From NCBI GenBank assembly GCA_051252375.1, contig JBPOFY010000002.1, positions 320,001 through 384,000 on the forward strand: a stretch of DNA of 64,000 nt, written 5' to 3'. Positions 29,560 through 39,125 of this stretch are shown piece after piece. A program made the position numbers and the translations under genes. The DNA is from Opitutaceae bacterium (GTDB lineage: Bacteria > Verrucomicrobiota > Verrucomicrobiia > Opitutales > Coraliomargaritaceae). The notes beneath the pieces are model-generated. The model did no database searches and had not been told where the DNA came from. It worked only from the letters and a program-made list of their open reading frames with translations. Every line of letters starts with the position of its first letter. The stretch's first letter is position 1.

Positions 29560-31497
29560 TTAATCACCAGGAGTGAATACCATCTTAATGGTTCCACTCT
29601 TCAGCTTATCCTTAAAGTCGATGCCGATACGGAAGGCTTGATCCGCGTAGCGAATCGACTTAACGATCACTTCCTCGTCGACGATCTTGAACGCTCCACC
29701 CTCTACGGTGATCTGCACTTTAATCGTCCGACCCTCTCGCGACAGTAACACAGTGCTGGAATCAACGATCTCATAGGCACCATGCGTCATGATAGCAGTG
29801 CCGAATTCAATCGGCTCGGAAGCGGTAAAGGTATCGATGATGGTAATAGTGCCATTGCCAGACTTATCGTTTTCCATCGTCCGAATGAGCTTCTCGAGGC
29901 TAGGCACTTCATAGGCCTCCTTAATATCCACGACTGCCCGATCTTTAGTCTCACTAAATTCGGTTTCGATGACTTTGCCGTGAAACTCGCGACCGAATGA
30001 TTGAAGTTTGCCATCAACGCGAGGCACTGGATGCCCCCAAGAAGCGCGGACGGGGTGATTCTTAGAAAAGGACCCGGCTTCATAAGGAGGCGAGCCGAGA
30101 TCGCCGCACAAAATATGGTCATCGGCCAACACCATCACATAGCTGCCCACATCCATGTGGTTGTGGTTCTCCTCATTATGCCCCGCCTTGATCGCGATAG
30201 AAAACGGCACCTCTTGTCCGCCGCGTGAAATCACGATGCCGTAATCATCGTAGTAGGTGTGCGGAGGCAACTCGACAGCAGCTTGGTCAGTGGTCACATA
30301 CGAAACCGGATCCGCCCATTCCTGTAGCATCATGGTCATGCCTTCTGGTCGGCTGTAAGTCGGCTTGCGCGCCCCGTAATTCTTAGCCGAAAGAATGTAA
30401 GCGTAATTGTCGCTCCCCTCTTTAATTCTCGAAGCACCATCTGAAAAACAGGGATAAATGTCCTGCTGGATTTCAAAGTTAATCGGGAAGTTACCGACAC
30501 GGTGCATTTTTTCAGGATTGTCGAAGCGGAACAAGTCGATGGCGCCATCGCTGTAGTCATAGATCGTCTGAGCAAGATAGAGGTAGTTGCCGAAACCATA
30601 GTTCCAATAGCCAATACCCTCGGAGCAATAACCATCATCGCCGAAGCCACTCAGGTAAAACTTCATACTGTTGATGGCAGAGCCTAAGACTGCCAAACGC
30701 ACCTCTGGATCTTCGGCTGCAGTCAAAGTGGAAAATACGGTGCCGCCCGTGCAGACGGAATTCCAGTTACTGGTGCCCCATATCCAAGAATTGCCCTTTT
30801 TGTCCTCACCACGACAGCTCTTGAGGTAGGACTCGATGATCCGCCAATCAATCTGATCACTGATCTTCGCATGCATCTCCTCAGTGAGTCGGTCCTCCAG
30901 CAGGACAGACGCGAGCATGATAACCGAACCGAACTTGCGTGCGCCTAAATCAATCGCCACACGTTTGCCTTCAAGCACGGCATTTTGAGGATCATGATTA
31001 GGGTGCAGCCATGACTTCATCGCCATGATCGCCTCCAAATGCTCATTGATCTGAGCGATGTAGCGGCCCTGGTTCTCGATACACTCCGCAATCACGGCCT
31101 TTTCCAGCACCTCCATCGTGCGGTAGTAGCGCGGCTTGTAAATGCCACGATTGCCCTCCTTATTGGCGCGGCGGTAAATTTCGTCCGAGATCGGTATTTC
31201 GGGCTTTTTGTCCAAGCTGGCCAAAGCTACCTCAGCGATTTCCTGAGCCGATGCTTTCTCAGCAATCTTAATCCAAAATGCACGGTCGCTAATCGGCGGG
31301 GCCGGCTGATACGTCGCCTCCGGCATAAACGCCCTCAGCATTTCCAACTGCTCCGCCGATGGATAAATCATCCCCTCGTCCGCCTTACTCAGATATTCGC
31401 TAATTTCCAGCGACTGCGAGTTCTTCGCGGACATACATGATGCTGTCAGCAGAGTAATTCCGGCCAATGCCGCTTTGATCAAGATACCTATCTTCAT
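29560..31497 (-). CDS. Heparinase II/III-family polysaccharide lyase-like lipoprotein
   Basis: Lipobox TASC; SNWNSVC, DGYCSEGIGYWNYG, FSDG and HNHMDVGS motifs. Confidence 0.85.
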   Translation of the reverse strand: MKIGILIKAALAGITLLTASCMSAKNSQSLEISEYLSKADEGMIYPSAEQLEMLRAFMPEATYQPAPPISDRAFWIKIAEKASAQEIAEVALASLDKKPEIPISDEIYRRANKEGNRGIYKPRYYRTMEVLEKAVIAECIENQGRYIAQINEHLEAIMAMKSWLHPNHDPQNAVLEGKRVAIDLGARKFGSVIMLASVLLEDRLTEEMHAKISDQIDWRIIESYLKSCRGEDKKGNSWIWGTSNWNSVCTGGTVFSTLTAAEDPEVRLAVLGSAINSMKFYLSGFGDDGYCSEGIGYWNYGFGNYLYLAQTIYDYSDGAIDLFRFDNPEKMHRVGNFPINFEIQQDIYPCFSDGASRIKEGSDNYAYILSAKNYGARKPTYSRPEGMTMMLQEWADPVSYVTTDQAAVELPPHTYYDDYGIVISRGGQEVPFSIAIKAGHNEENHNHMDVGSYVMVLADDHILCGDLGSPPYEAGSFSKNHPVRASWGHPVPRVDGKLQSFGREFHGKVIETEFSETKDRAVVDIKEAYEVPSLEKLIRTMENDKSGNGTITIIDTFTASEPIEFGTAIMTHGAYEIVDSSTVLLSREGRTIKVQITVEGGAFKIVDEEVIVKSIRYADQAFRIGIDFKDKLKSGTIKMVFTPGD

Positions 31498-31669
31498 ATA
31501 CTTTTTATTTAGGGGGATGGATTAGGGAAAAGTAATCATACAGACAGAAGCCATCTCAATAGCTTGGCAATCCAATCCTCAATGGATGCCCTCGAATACC
31601 ATCGCTTCAGTCAACAGATCAAAAAAACGGGCTAAAAGCGTGTATTCCCACGTAACTCCAACGGTCCAA

Positions 31670-32302
31670 CTATGGCAACACACGCACACGAATGTCTTTG
31701 AAGTAGATCGTGCTTTTCGGGTCGTGTCCTTGGATAGCAAAAGTGCCTCGACTGAGGTGGACGTGCGGGCGCTTTTCAGGCGTCACCGCTGGCGTGGGCT
31801 CGGTGTAGTCGTTCACGACTTTACCATCCACCAGAACGGTGATTTGTTTCCCCTGAACTCGTATCTCGTAGTCAAACCACTCCCCATCGGTTGAAGGAGC
31901 TTCATCGAGCACATCTTGGATCGCATAAATACTAGCGGTTTTGCGTCGGTCTTTGTGCGTGGAATTAATTTGCGCCTCCAAACCATAATCAGGCCAGCCG
32001 CGTTCTTGGTATTTAGTATGAAAGAAGATTCCAGAATTCGACCCTGCGGTTGTTTTCACTTTTAGCTTCAACTCGAAGTCCTGGAGGTCAGCAGGCACCG
32101 ATGCATTCCCCATCCAAAACAAATGTGCTCGACCTCCTGAGACCTTGAGCTCCCCTACTTCTGTTATGGTAAAAACGTCTGGCTTCTCATCATTCGACTG
32201 CCAACCGGACAACGAGCTACCATCAAACAGGACGTGCCAGTCGTTAGCAGCAACGAGTATAGAGGACGCCAAAAAGGTAATCAGTAGAAGTAGATATTTC
32301 AT
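31670..32302 (-). CDS. DUF1080 (3-keto-disaccharide hydrolase family) protein
   Basis: LFDGSSLSGW, NSGIFFH, EAQI and AIQGHDP...FKDIRV motifs. Confidence 0.92.
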   Translation of the reverse strand: MKYLLLLITFLASSILVAANDWHVLFDGSSLSGWQSNDEKPDVFTITEVGELKVSGGRAHLFWMGNASVPADLQDFELKLKVKTTAGSNSGIFFHTKYQERGWPDYGLEAQINSTHKDRRKTASIYAIQDVLDEAPSTDGEWFDYEIRVQGKQITVLVDGKVVNDYTEPTPAVTPEKRPHVHLSRGTFAIQGHDPKSTIYFKDIRVRVLP

Positions 32303-32348
32303 AAACGAATCCTTTGAATTTAATTACAAATAGTCAGGACCTATACCT

Positions 32349-33725
32349 TCAGCTGACTAAAAACTCTTTCCGGTAAGCATACTGACTCTTGAGAAATGCA
32401 TTGGCTTCAGTGTTGTTGGTAAACTGTTTGGCTTTCGCGTCGAACTCGAGTTCACCTTCAACCGACATCGCCGCCACGCCTAGCATGACCATACCGGTGA
32501 AATCTGCTGCGTATTCGACAATATTCGATCCCGGTTGTTTACCCGCTTTGATCGACTCCGTCCATTCCTTGAAATGCCCCCCTGCGACTCGTGGAAGCGT
32601 CTGTTCTGGAAGCGCCTTCTCCTTCTGCAATTCTCTGAAGTAGCTAAATGGAAAGATTACCGGGGCTTCACCATACATGGACGTAAATATAGTCCCCTTC
32701 GATCCGACGAGGAAGGTGCCGTTTACATTCGGCTTAGGGTTGTTGCTCCTACGCCCACTGGTGGTGACGAGGCCTTCCACAAATCCTTTTGGCACATGAG
32801 GCACGTCTTTTGCGACCCGACCACCGTCGAGCCAATGCACACGCACCGCTTTGCCAGTGAGCTTACTGACAAAATCGAAATCGATCGCGGCAGACTTTGG
32901 GAATGCCAGATCAGTCAAACCGTCCGAGACAGCGCTGACACGTGTGGGATACCCAAGCTGCAGCGCCGTGTAAGAAACATCCATACTGTGGCAGGCAATA
33001 TCACCAAGCGCACCACAACCATAATCGCGAAAACCGCGCCATTTAAACGGAGCGATCCCATCGGCGTAAGGACGGGTTGGAGCGACACCTTGCCAGAGGT
33101 CCCAATCGAGCCCTTTCGGAACATCCGATGCCGGCGCTGTCTGACTCATGCCCTGTGGCCATATCGGACGATTCGTCCAATGATACACTTCCTCGACTTC
33201 GCCGATCAAGCCACCCTGTATCCACTCTTGAATCGAACGTAGCCCATCGCCGGCATGCCCCTGGTTGCCCATCTGAGTGATCACTCCTGCCTCTTTAGCG
33301 ACATTTTTCAAGAGCATCGCCTCTTCAAAAGTGCGAACCAAAGGTTTCTCTACAAGCAGGTGCTTGCCATGCGCCAAAACCCATAAAGCAACTGGATAGT
33401 GCATATGGTCCGGAATCGCGATAGAAACGGCATCGATCTCCTTACCCATGCGATCGAGCATGACGCGAAAATCCTTAAAGCGTGGCACGTTGGGATGTCG
33501 CTTGAAGCTGGATGCCGCCCGATTTTCGTCCACATCGCAAAACGCCACGATTTGCTCGTGCTCGAGGCCTCGAACATGCTCTCTGCCACGCCCTCCAACT
33601 CCGATCACCGCGACACGAAGCTTTTGAGTGCCTCGGTTTTCAGCTCGAAGAATCGATGGGAATAGACAGGAAGATGCGGCAAAAAGACCGCCAGTTTGAA
33701 GAAAGCGACGTCGGGGTATTGGCAT
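32349..33725 (-). CDS. Tat-exported Gfo/Idh/MocA oxidoreductase
   Basis: PRRRFLQ Tat signal; IGVGGRG, PDHMH, EKPL and GALGDIACH motifs. Confidence 0.93.
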   Translation of the reverse strand: MPIPRRRFLQTGGLFAASSCLFPSILRAENRGTQKLRVAVIGVGGRGREHVRGLEHEQIVAFCDVDENRAASSFKRHPNVPRFKDFRVMLDRMGKEIDAVSIAIPDHMHYPVALWVLAHGKHLLVEKPLVRTFEEAMLLKNVAKEAGVITQMGNQGHAGDGLRSIQEWIQGGLIGEVEEVYHWTNRPIWPQGMSQTAPASDVPKGLDWDLWQGVAPTRPYADGIAPFKWRGFRDYGCGALGDIACHSMDVSYTALQLGYPTRVSAVSDGLTDLAFPKSAAIDFDFVSKLTGKAVRVHWLDGGRVAKDVPHVPKGFVEGLVTTSGRRSNNPKPNVNGTFLVGSKGTIFTSMYGEAPVIFPFSYFRELQKEKALPEQTLPRVAGGHFKEWTESIKAGKQPGSNIVEYAADFTGMVMLGVAAMSVEGELEFDAKAKQFTNNTEANAFLKSQYAYRKEFLVS

Positions 33726-33917
33726 AAGCCTACAGAATTGGCAATACCCCCAATCGTCAACTATCATCCCTAATTCCTATCCTGCAGATTAATTCCTAGC
33801 GAGTTGACGCTATACTCAAATGTAGGCATATCATAAGCGATGAAGTGAGAGTAAAGAGGCAGATATTGTATTTAAAAACCTCTACCCCTGTGCCACCTTT
33901 CATATTCTATATATATA

Positions 33918-34799
33918 ATGAAACAATATTTCTTCATTCTAGGACATCCATTTACAAAGCAATCTGTCTTCATTACTGTCACGCTGATTATCATCATGGT
34001 TGCGGCGATCGTAAGCAGTAGTTATTTCGTTATTACAGATAAGCCGGAACCGACTCAAGCCACTGCGCCAGCAGACCCTGCACCGAAAACCGAAGAATCT
34101 CCTCAGACCGTAAACCCTGATAGCTTGGTCGATATCCTTGCGATGCATATTAAGGCAACCGGTTTCGATACATTGAAAAACTTTACGATGCGGGGGACAC
34201 CTTTGCATGATTCAGAACAAAGGGCTGTCAGCGTGAAGGGGCTTCATCCGAACCTTTATAAATTCACGGTCAACTACCTAGAAACCAAAAACTCGGTCGA
34301 ATTCGGACACAACGGAGAAGAAACATGGATGGAAAGTAGTTGGTCCAACCGAAGCTTTCCAAACGAAGCCACAGACAAGAGTGTCATTCTTATTCTATCA
34401 TCAATGCCTCACTTGGCGTGGACATACAATTCCGCAAAGTCTAGCCTCGAGCCCATTGGCATTTACTTATCACTAGAGCCTGAACAAATACACAATGGTC
34501 GTAATTGTTATGTGATACGTAGCCGCAAGATACTCCCATTTGAAATGGATCACTTTATTGACGCCGAAACTTTCTATGAAATCTACCGCACCGCGACGCT
34601 ACAAAAAGCAGACGGCAGCACGCTCGAGATCGGAGTGGAATATGATCAGGAAAAAATAGACAAGGGTAGCGGGTTTTCTCTTTTCCATGAAGTCTATGAA
34701 AACGGGAAACTGATCGATGAGCTGGTATACGAATCGCCGCGGACAAATATCACATTGATGAGTGCTCTATTCGCACCACCCAGTGAATATGGGCGCTAA
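33918..34799 (+). CDS. Hypothetical membrane-anchored periplasmic protein (possibly LolA/LolB-like fold)
   Basis: N-terminal TM, Pro-rich linker, ILAMHIKATG, FIDAETF and ALFAPP. Confidence 0.6.
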   Translation: MKQYFFILGHPFTKQSVFITVTLIIIMVAAIVSSSYFVITDKPEPTQATAPADPAPKTEESPQTVNPDSLVDILAMHIKATGFDTLKNFTMRGTPLHDSEQRAVSVKGLHPNLYKFTVNYLETKNSVEFGHNGEETWMESSWSNRSFPNEATDKSVILILSSMPHLAWTYNSAKSSLEPIGIYLSLEPEQIHNGRNCYVIRSRKILPFEMDHFIDAETFYEIYRTATLQKADGSTLEIGVEYDQEKIDKGSGFSLFHEVYENGKLIDELVYESPRTNITLMSALFAPPSEYGR

Positions 34800-34830
34800 G
34801 GTGCAGCCCCTATAGAACGACTGCTATAAG

Positions 34831-37800
34831 CTACAGTTCATCCACCTTGATGCGGATAAATTTCTGGTCCTCGCCAACACTTATCGGCGCCGTGACTGTC
34901 ACGGTTTCGACTTCACCGTCATCATCGCCGACCACCTCAATCAACCCAATTGTATCCCAACTCAATGGACTCAGATCGGGAGACCACTGCGCGTAGATAC
35001 TATATCCGGTGAGCTTGCGACGAGTATAGTCGACGCTCAGCGCGATCGGACTCATCACAATCGACTTGTAAGGCGAATCCACAACTAACGGATCAGTACC
35101 CAAAAACCATTCTAGTTCGTTGTTTAGACTATCTACGTCCGGGTTGCCCGTGGCTGAAACATCCGTGCCCTCAGGTGCACCGGCAAACGCGGTTGCAGAC
35201 CACTGTTCGTAAGGAGTCAGCGGGGTTCCCGTCAATGCGATATTGTCGATGGCCGGGTCGGCTGCGAACCATACCAAATTAGCCGTGCGGAAGCGGAGCG
35301 TCACATCACTATTGCCAGCATAAGCTGAAAGATCGACCGTCTCACTCGTCCATGAATCGCTACTGCTCGTGTGTTCTTGAGGGGGTGGGTCTTTGATCCA
35401 AACGTCCAGCGTCCAGGCTGACCCATCATACACATCCAATGCCAAGTAATCAATATAGGCCCCATACATGTGATAGTCGAAAGTCAGCTCAACGGTGCTG
35501 ACTGTGCTGAAATCAAAACGTGCTTGCACCGAAGATGTGCTCTCGGAAACCGGCGCGTCATGCCCTTCCGCGTAAAGGTAATAACTGCCATCTGAAGCGC
35601 CGTCTGGACCAGCGGCTACTGTTTCCGTGCCCCCGCTGTTACGTGTCCAGTCGTAATCATCTCCAAACGATTGGACCCAGTGCCCCATTCCACTTTCAAA
35701 GCTTTCTGAATAAGGCAGCGACTCTTTCTCATCGATGGCAATATTGTCGATCGCGATATCGGAGACATGCCAATAGCGCTGTTGCGCTCGGAAACGAACA
35801 GTCACCGCACTATTGCCGTCGTAGGCAGACAAATCGACCGAGGCATTCAACCAAGGGGCCCCATTGCTCAACTGCTGCTCTCTGGAACGCATCCACAGGT
35901 CCGTCGTCCAGCTAGTACCGTCGTGCACATCGACTGCCAAAAATTCGATATTCTCCCCATACATATGGTAATCAAAGCTGAGCCTTGCACCGGAAACCCC
36001 GCTCATATCAACCACACAATCGATCTGGGCGACTTTGTTGTGCGCGCCATCATCGTGTGGCTCAATATAGAGATACCAGTTTCCTCCGGAAGCACCAGTC
36101 GGCCCCGTATTGGCCGTCGGGGTGCCACCACTGTTGCGTGTCCAGTCGAAGTCATCGTCAGGGGATTGGATCCATGCGCCCAACCCATTTTCAAAACCTT
36201 CGGTATAGGGAACGCTCACCACTGGTGTGCCGATCGTAAAAGTGCCGCTATCATCCGAAGCAGTCCCACTCAGAGTCACACGAACCGTAAAGTTAGCGCC
36301 ACCTGGAATACTCGGAATGGTCCAATCATACCAGCGCTCCTCTCCAGTCAGACCCGTTGCGATTGTGGACTGGAAAACCCCATCTTTGTAGAGGTCGATC
36401 TCGACCGCATCGGTGTGATCGCCACCATGCCAATAGATGGTCGTCGAATCGCCCGGCAGGAAATTAGTTCCGGTCACAGGTTCGAGCACGGCGAGTGCTT
36501 CGCGGGTATCTTTATTGACCAACACACTTGAGTTATAGATTAGGTAATCACCATTCCGTGCACCTAAATCGGGATTGCTTCCATCAAAGCCAGCACCGAG
36601 GCCTCCGACATCACCGTCCAATACAAATTTCTGGTCGTATGCTGGCGTTCCACTGGTATCGGTCGCGTTAAACCCTCTAGCTACACCGGTTGGAGCGCCA
36701 TTATAACTCACATTCGGATTCGAGAAATATTTAATTCGGCTACCGCCCCATCCCGCGCCGTAAGCCATAATCGTTCGGACTTTCCCGCCGTTTGGCGGAT
36801 CAAAACGCCAGCCATAGTTACTCTGGTCTTTCGGATTTGCAGAAGCTGTTCCACTATCGCCCCAACCATGCCTGAGGCCTAGATTATGTCCGACCTCATG
36901 TGCAAATACTAGATTTGGTGAAAACATCTGATTTCTACCACAAATTGCCTGCCGCCCGGGTCGATTTGCGACACCGCCTACTCCGGCAATGCCAGCGTTG
37001 CAGACAAATGTAGCCTGATCCGCACCAAGCTCATCGCGTAAGTCAGTGAGCGTATCAAGGACACCATCATTAGTATCGTTAAGGTGAGACAGTATCTCGT
37101 GCATCTGACTGAAGTTTGAATCTGAAAATGTCGCGTCAGGCTCTTCGAGCATAGCCAAGAGTGAACAAAAGTAACCGCCCGATGCACTGTTACTAAGTGC
37201 TTCATTCATGTTATCCACAGAAGCGATGATACGCCCTTCAATACTTGCAGTGCCTCCATCGCTAATTCTCGCTTCGGCACTGTATCCGATTACAGAGTCG
37301 AAAGGGATCGCTCCCGCAGGCGCACTAAGAACTTCACCTTCAGACTCCTCCGCTGCTGCCTGCTCACTGGCGAGTGCCGCCATTTCTGCGGCAAGATGCT
37401 CTGGGTTCTCGCAGTTCCCACAACCATCGATAAAGCTATCGGCGTCTAGATGGCGAATCGCCACATCCCCATTTCCCGCCATGGCAAATTGGTAGTGCGT
37501 ATTGGTATCGTGGAAAGAAATCGAACCATTGATCGTGCCATCGTGAAAGACTAACAATATGTCACTGAAGCTATCGTCCAGAACCTGACCGATAATCGTC
37601 GTCGTGTGCGGACCACGTGAAATGACGCGATCAAAAGCAGCAAGCACAACCTTATCTCGAGATAATGGAATCTGGATCGCGCCATCATTCGATTCCAAAA
37701 ATGTTTTCAACGCAGCCACATCCATTGTCGCCTCAATCGCTGAAAGCGTGTGCTCGTCGACGGTTAGATGGCCAGCAATAGCATGGTCTTTTGCGCTAAA

Positions 37801-38142
37801 GATCACCTGATCCGAAACCGCACTCGGATCCGCGTTTCGCACAAACTCGACTGCATCCGGCAGCAATAAACGATTATTCACGCCACGACGTAATTGACTC
37901 ACTGCTGGTGAGGTCTGTTCCGTTGAAACGGGCTCAATAGATCGAATCTCTTCAATCGCTACCTCCGCGATGGGTACGGGGGACCCTTTAGGGGCAGCTG
38001 CCAACTCAGTAGTAGATCCCTCCGGGGCCTGCGCGACCTGAACTTCAGGATCAGAACCAGATGGCTGAAAAAAGACCATACACCCAATAATGAGCGCGCC
38101 CAGACAGAGCAGAGATAGAAGTAATTTTTTCAAGAAAGACAT
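34831..38142 (-). CDS. Secreted M12/reprolysin-like zinc metalloprotease with two MAM domains
   Basis: HEVGHNLGLRH, Met-turn TIMAY and FSNP. Two copies of D[FY]DWTRNSGGT...GP...LxFDYHMYG...AIDNI. Ends QKFIRIKV. Confidence 0.88.
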   Translation of the reverse strand: MSFLKKLLLSLLCLGALIIGCMVFFQPSGSDPEVQVAQAPEGSTTELAAAPKGSPVPIAEVAIEEIRSIEPVSTEQTSPAVSQLRRGVNNRLLLPDAVEFVRNADPSAVSDQVIFSAKDHAIAGHLTVDEHTLSAIEATMDVAALKTFLESNDGAIQIPLSRDKVVLAAFDRVISRGPHTTTIIGQVLDDSFSDILLVFHDGTINGSISFHDTNTHYQFAMAGNGDVAIRHLDADSFIDGCGNCENPEHLAAEMAALASEQAAAEESEGEVLSAPAGAIPFDSVIGYSAEARISDGGTASIEGRIIASVDNMNEALSNSASGGYFCSLLAMLEEPDATFSDSNFSQMHEILSHLNDTNDGVLDTLTDLRDELGADQATFVCNAGIAGVGGVANRPGRQAICGRNQMFSPNLVFAHEVGHNLGLRHGWGDSGTASANPKDQSNYGWRFDPPNGGKVRTIMAYGAGWGGSRIKYFSNPNVSYNGAPTGVARGFNATDTSGTPAYDQKFVLDGDVGGLGAGFDGSNPDLGARNGDYLIYNSSVLVNKDTREALAVLEPVTGTNFLPGDSTTIYWHGGDHTDAVEIDLYKDGVFQSTIATGLTGEERWYDWTIPSIPGGANFTVRVTLSGTASDDSGTFTIGTPVVSVPYTEGFENGLGAWIQSPDDDFDWTRNSGGTPTANTGPTGASGGNWYLYIEPHDDGAHNKVAQIDCVVDMSGVSGARLSFDYHMYGENIEFLAVDVHDGTSWTTDLWMRSREQQLSNGAPWLNASVDLSAYDGNSAVTVRFRAQQRYWHVSDIAIDNIAIDEKESLPYSESFESGMGHWVQSFGDDYDWTRNSGGTETVAAGPDGASDGSYYLYAEGHDAPVSESTSSVQARFDFSTVSTVELTFDYHMYGAYIDYLALDVYDGSAWTLDVWIKDPPPQEHTSSSDSWTSETVDLSAYAGNSDVTLRFRTANLVWFAADPAIDNIALTGTPLTPYEQWSATAFAGAPEGTDVSATGNPDVDSLNNELEWFLGTDPLVVDSPYKSIVMSPIALSVDYTRRKLTGYSIYAQWSPDLSPLSWDTIGLIEVVGDDDGEVETVTVTAPISVGEDQKFIRIKVDEL

Positions 38143-38428
38143 AAGACAAGGGGATCAGAGAGCACCGCCTCTAGGGTGCAGGTAACAAAAGTAACACAAG
38201 ACGCCCAAATTACGAAAATTGAGTCTCAAAAAATGAGATTCCCTCTGGAAAAAGATTGCCGAGCTTCTTTCCTTAAACACTCAAAGGCCCAAAATCTATA
38301 CACTTCGCAGGAAATATAGACCGCGATAGGAATCACCGATATGCAAAAGCAGTCTAAAAGGGAATCGAACCATAGCCCACAGTCTGATCGTAGCTTGAAT
38401 AGATCGTTTTTTGCCGCAAGCTACTGAT

Positions 38429-39082
38429 ATGGTAGAGCGTTCATTGCGGAATCAATCACAGAAGGAAGAGTGGGTGAACTGCTTAAGCCACGGTGCGGGT
38501 GTTATTTTAATATTGGTATTAGCACCCCATTTGATCTTTGCCGCAAGCACGCACGGAGATGCGATATCGGTGCTCGGAGTGAAGGTATTTTGCATAACGA
38601 TGCTGTTACTCTACGGTGCTTCCACTGCCTTCCACGGGATGCCTCATAAACGCCAGCGCACGAAAAAGATTCTAAATATACTGGATCATATTGCAGTGTA
38701 TCTGCTGATCGCCGGCACCTATACCCCCTTTATGCTCGATGCGATGCGCGGGCCGATGGGTTGGACTTTGTTTATTCTAATTTGGTCGTTGGCGATCATA
38801 GGATCAGTTCTAAAAGTTCTCGGGCGACTTTGGAAGCAACCCTACTCCGTAGCTTACTACCTCCTAATGGGCTGGCTGGTGTTGATTGCGGCGGTGCCAC
38901 TGAGTGAAAGACTGACTTTAGACGTGCTATTATCGCTGCTCGCCGGAGGCATCTTCTACAGTGTCGGCGTCTATTTCTATCTATTACATCATCGTAATTA
39001 CGCCCACTTCATATGGCATTTATTTGTCCTAGCAGGCACAATCGCTCATATGTATGCAGTGCTCGGAATTTACCGCAGCTAA
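38429..39082 (+). CDS. Hemolysin III / PAQR-family membrane protein (TrhA/YqfA-like)
   Basis: EEWVNCLSH, STAFH, LDHIAVYLLIAGTYTP and HFIWHLFV motifs. Confidence 0.93.
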   Translation: MVERSLRNQSQKEEWVNCLSHGAGVILILVLAPHLIFAASTHGDAISVLGVKVFCITMLLLYGASTAFHGMPHKRQRTKKILNILDHIAVYLLIAGTYTPFMLDAMRGPMGWTLFILIWSLAIIGSVLKVLGRLWKQPYSVAYYLLMGWLVLIAAVPLSERLTLDVLLSLLAGGIFYSVGVYFYLLHHRNYAHFIWHLFVLAGTIAHMYAVLGIYRS

Positions 39083-39125
39083 GACGTAGTCACTAAAACT
39101 ATTTACCTAATTCAAACCGAAGTGA

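Noticed and set aside
38216..38242. TTGAG-T-CTCAA palindrome upstream of the large protease
   Set aside because: It could be an operator, but it is too short and occurs once, so it cannot be assigned.
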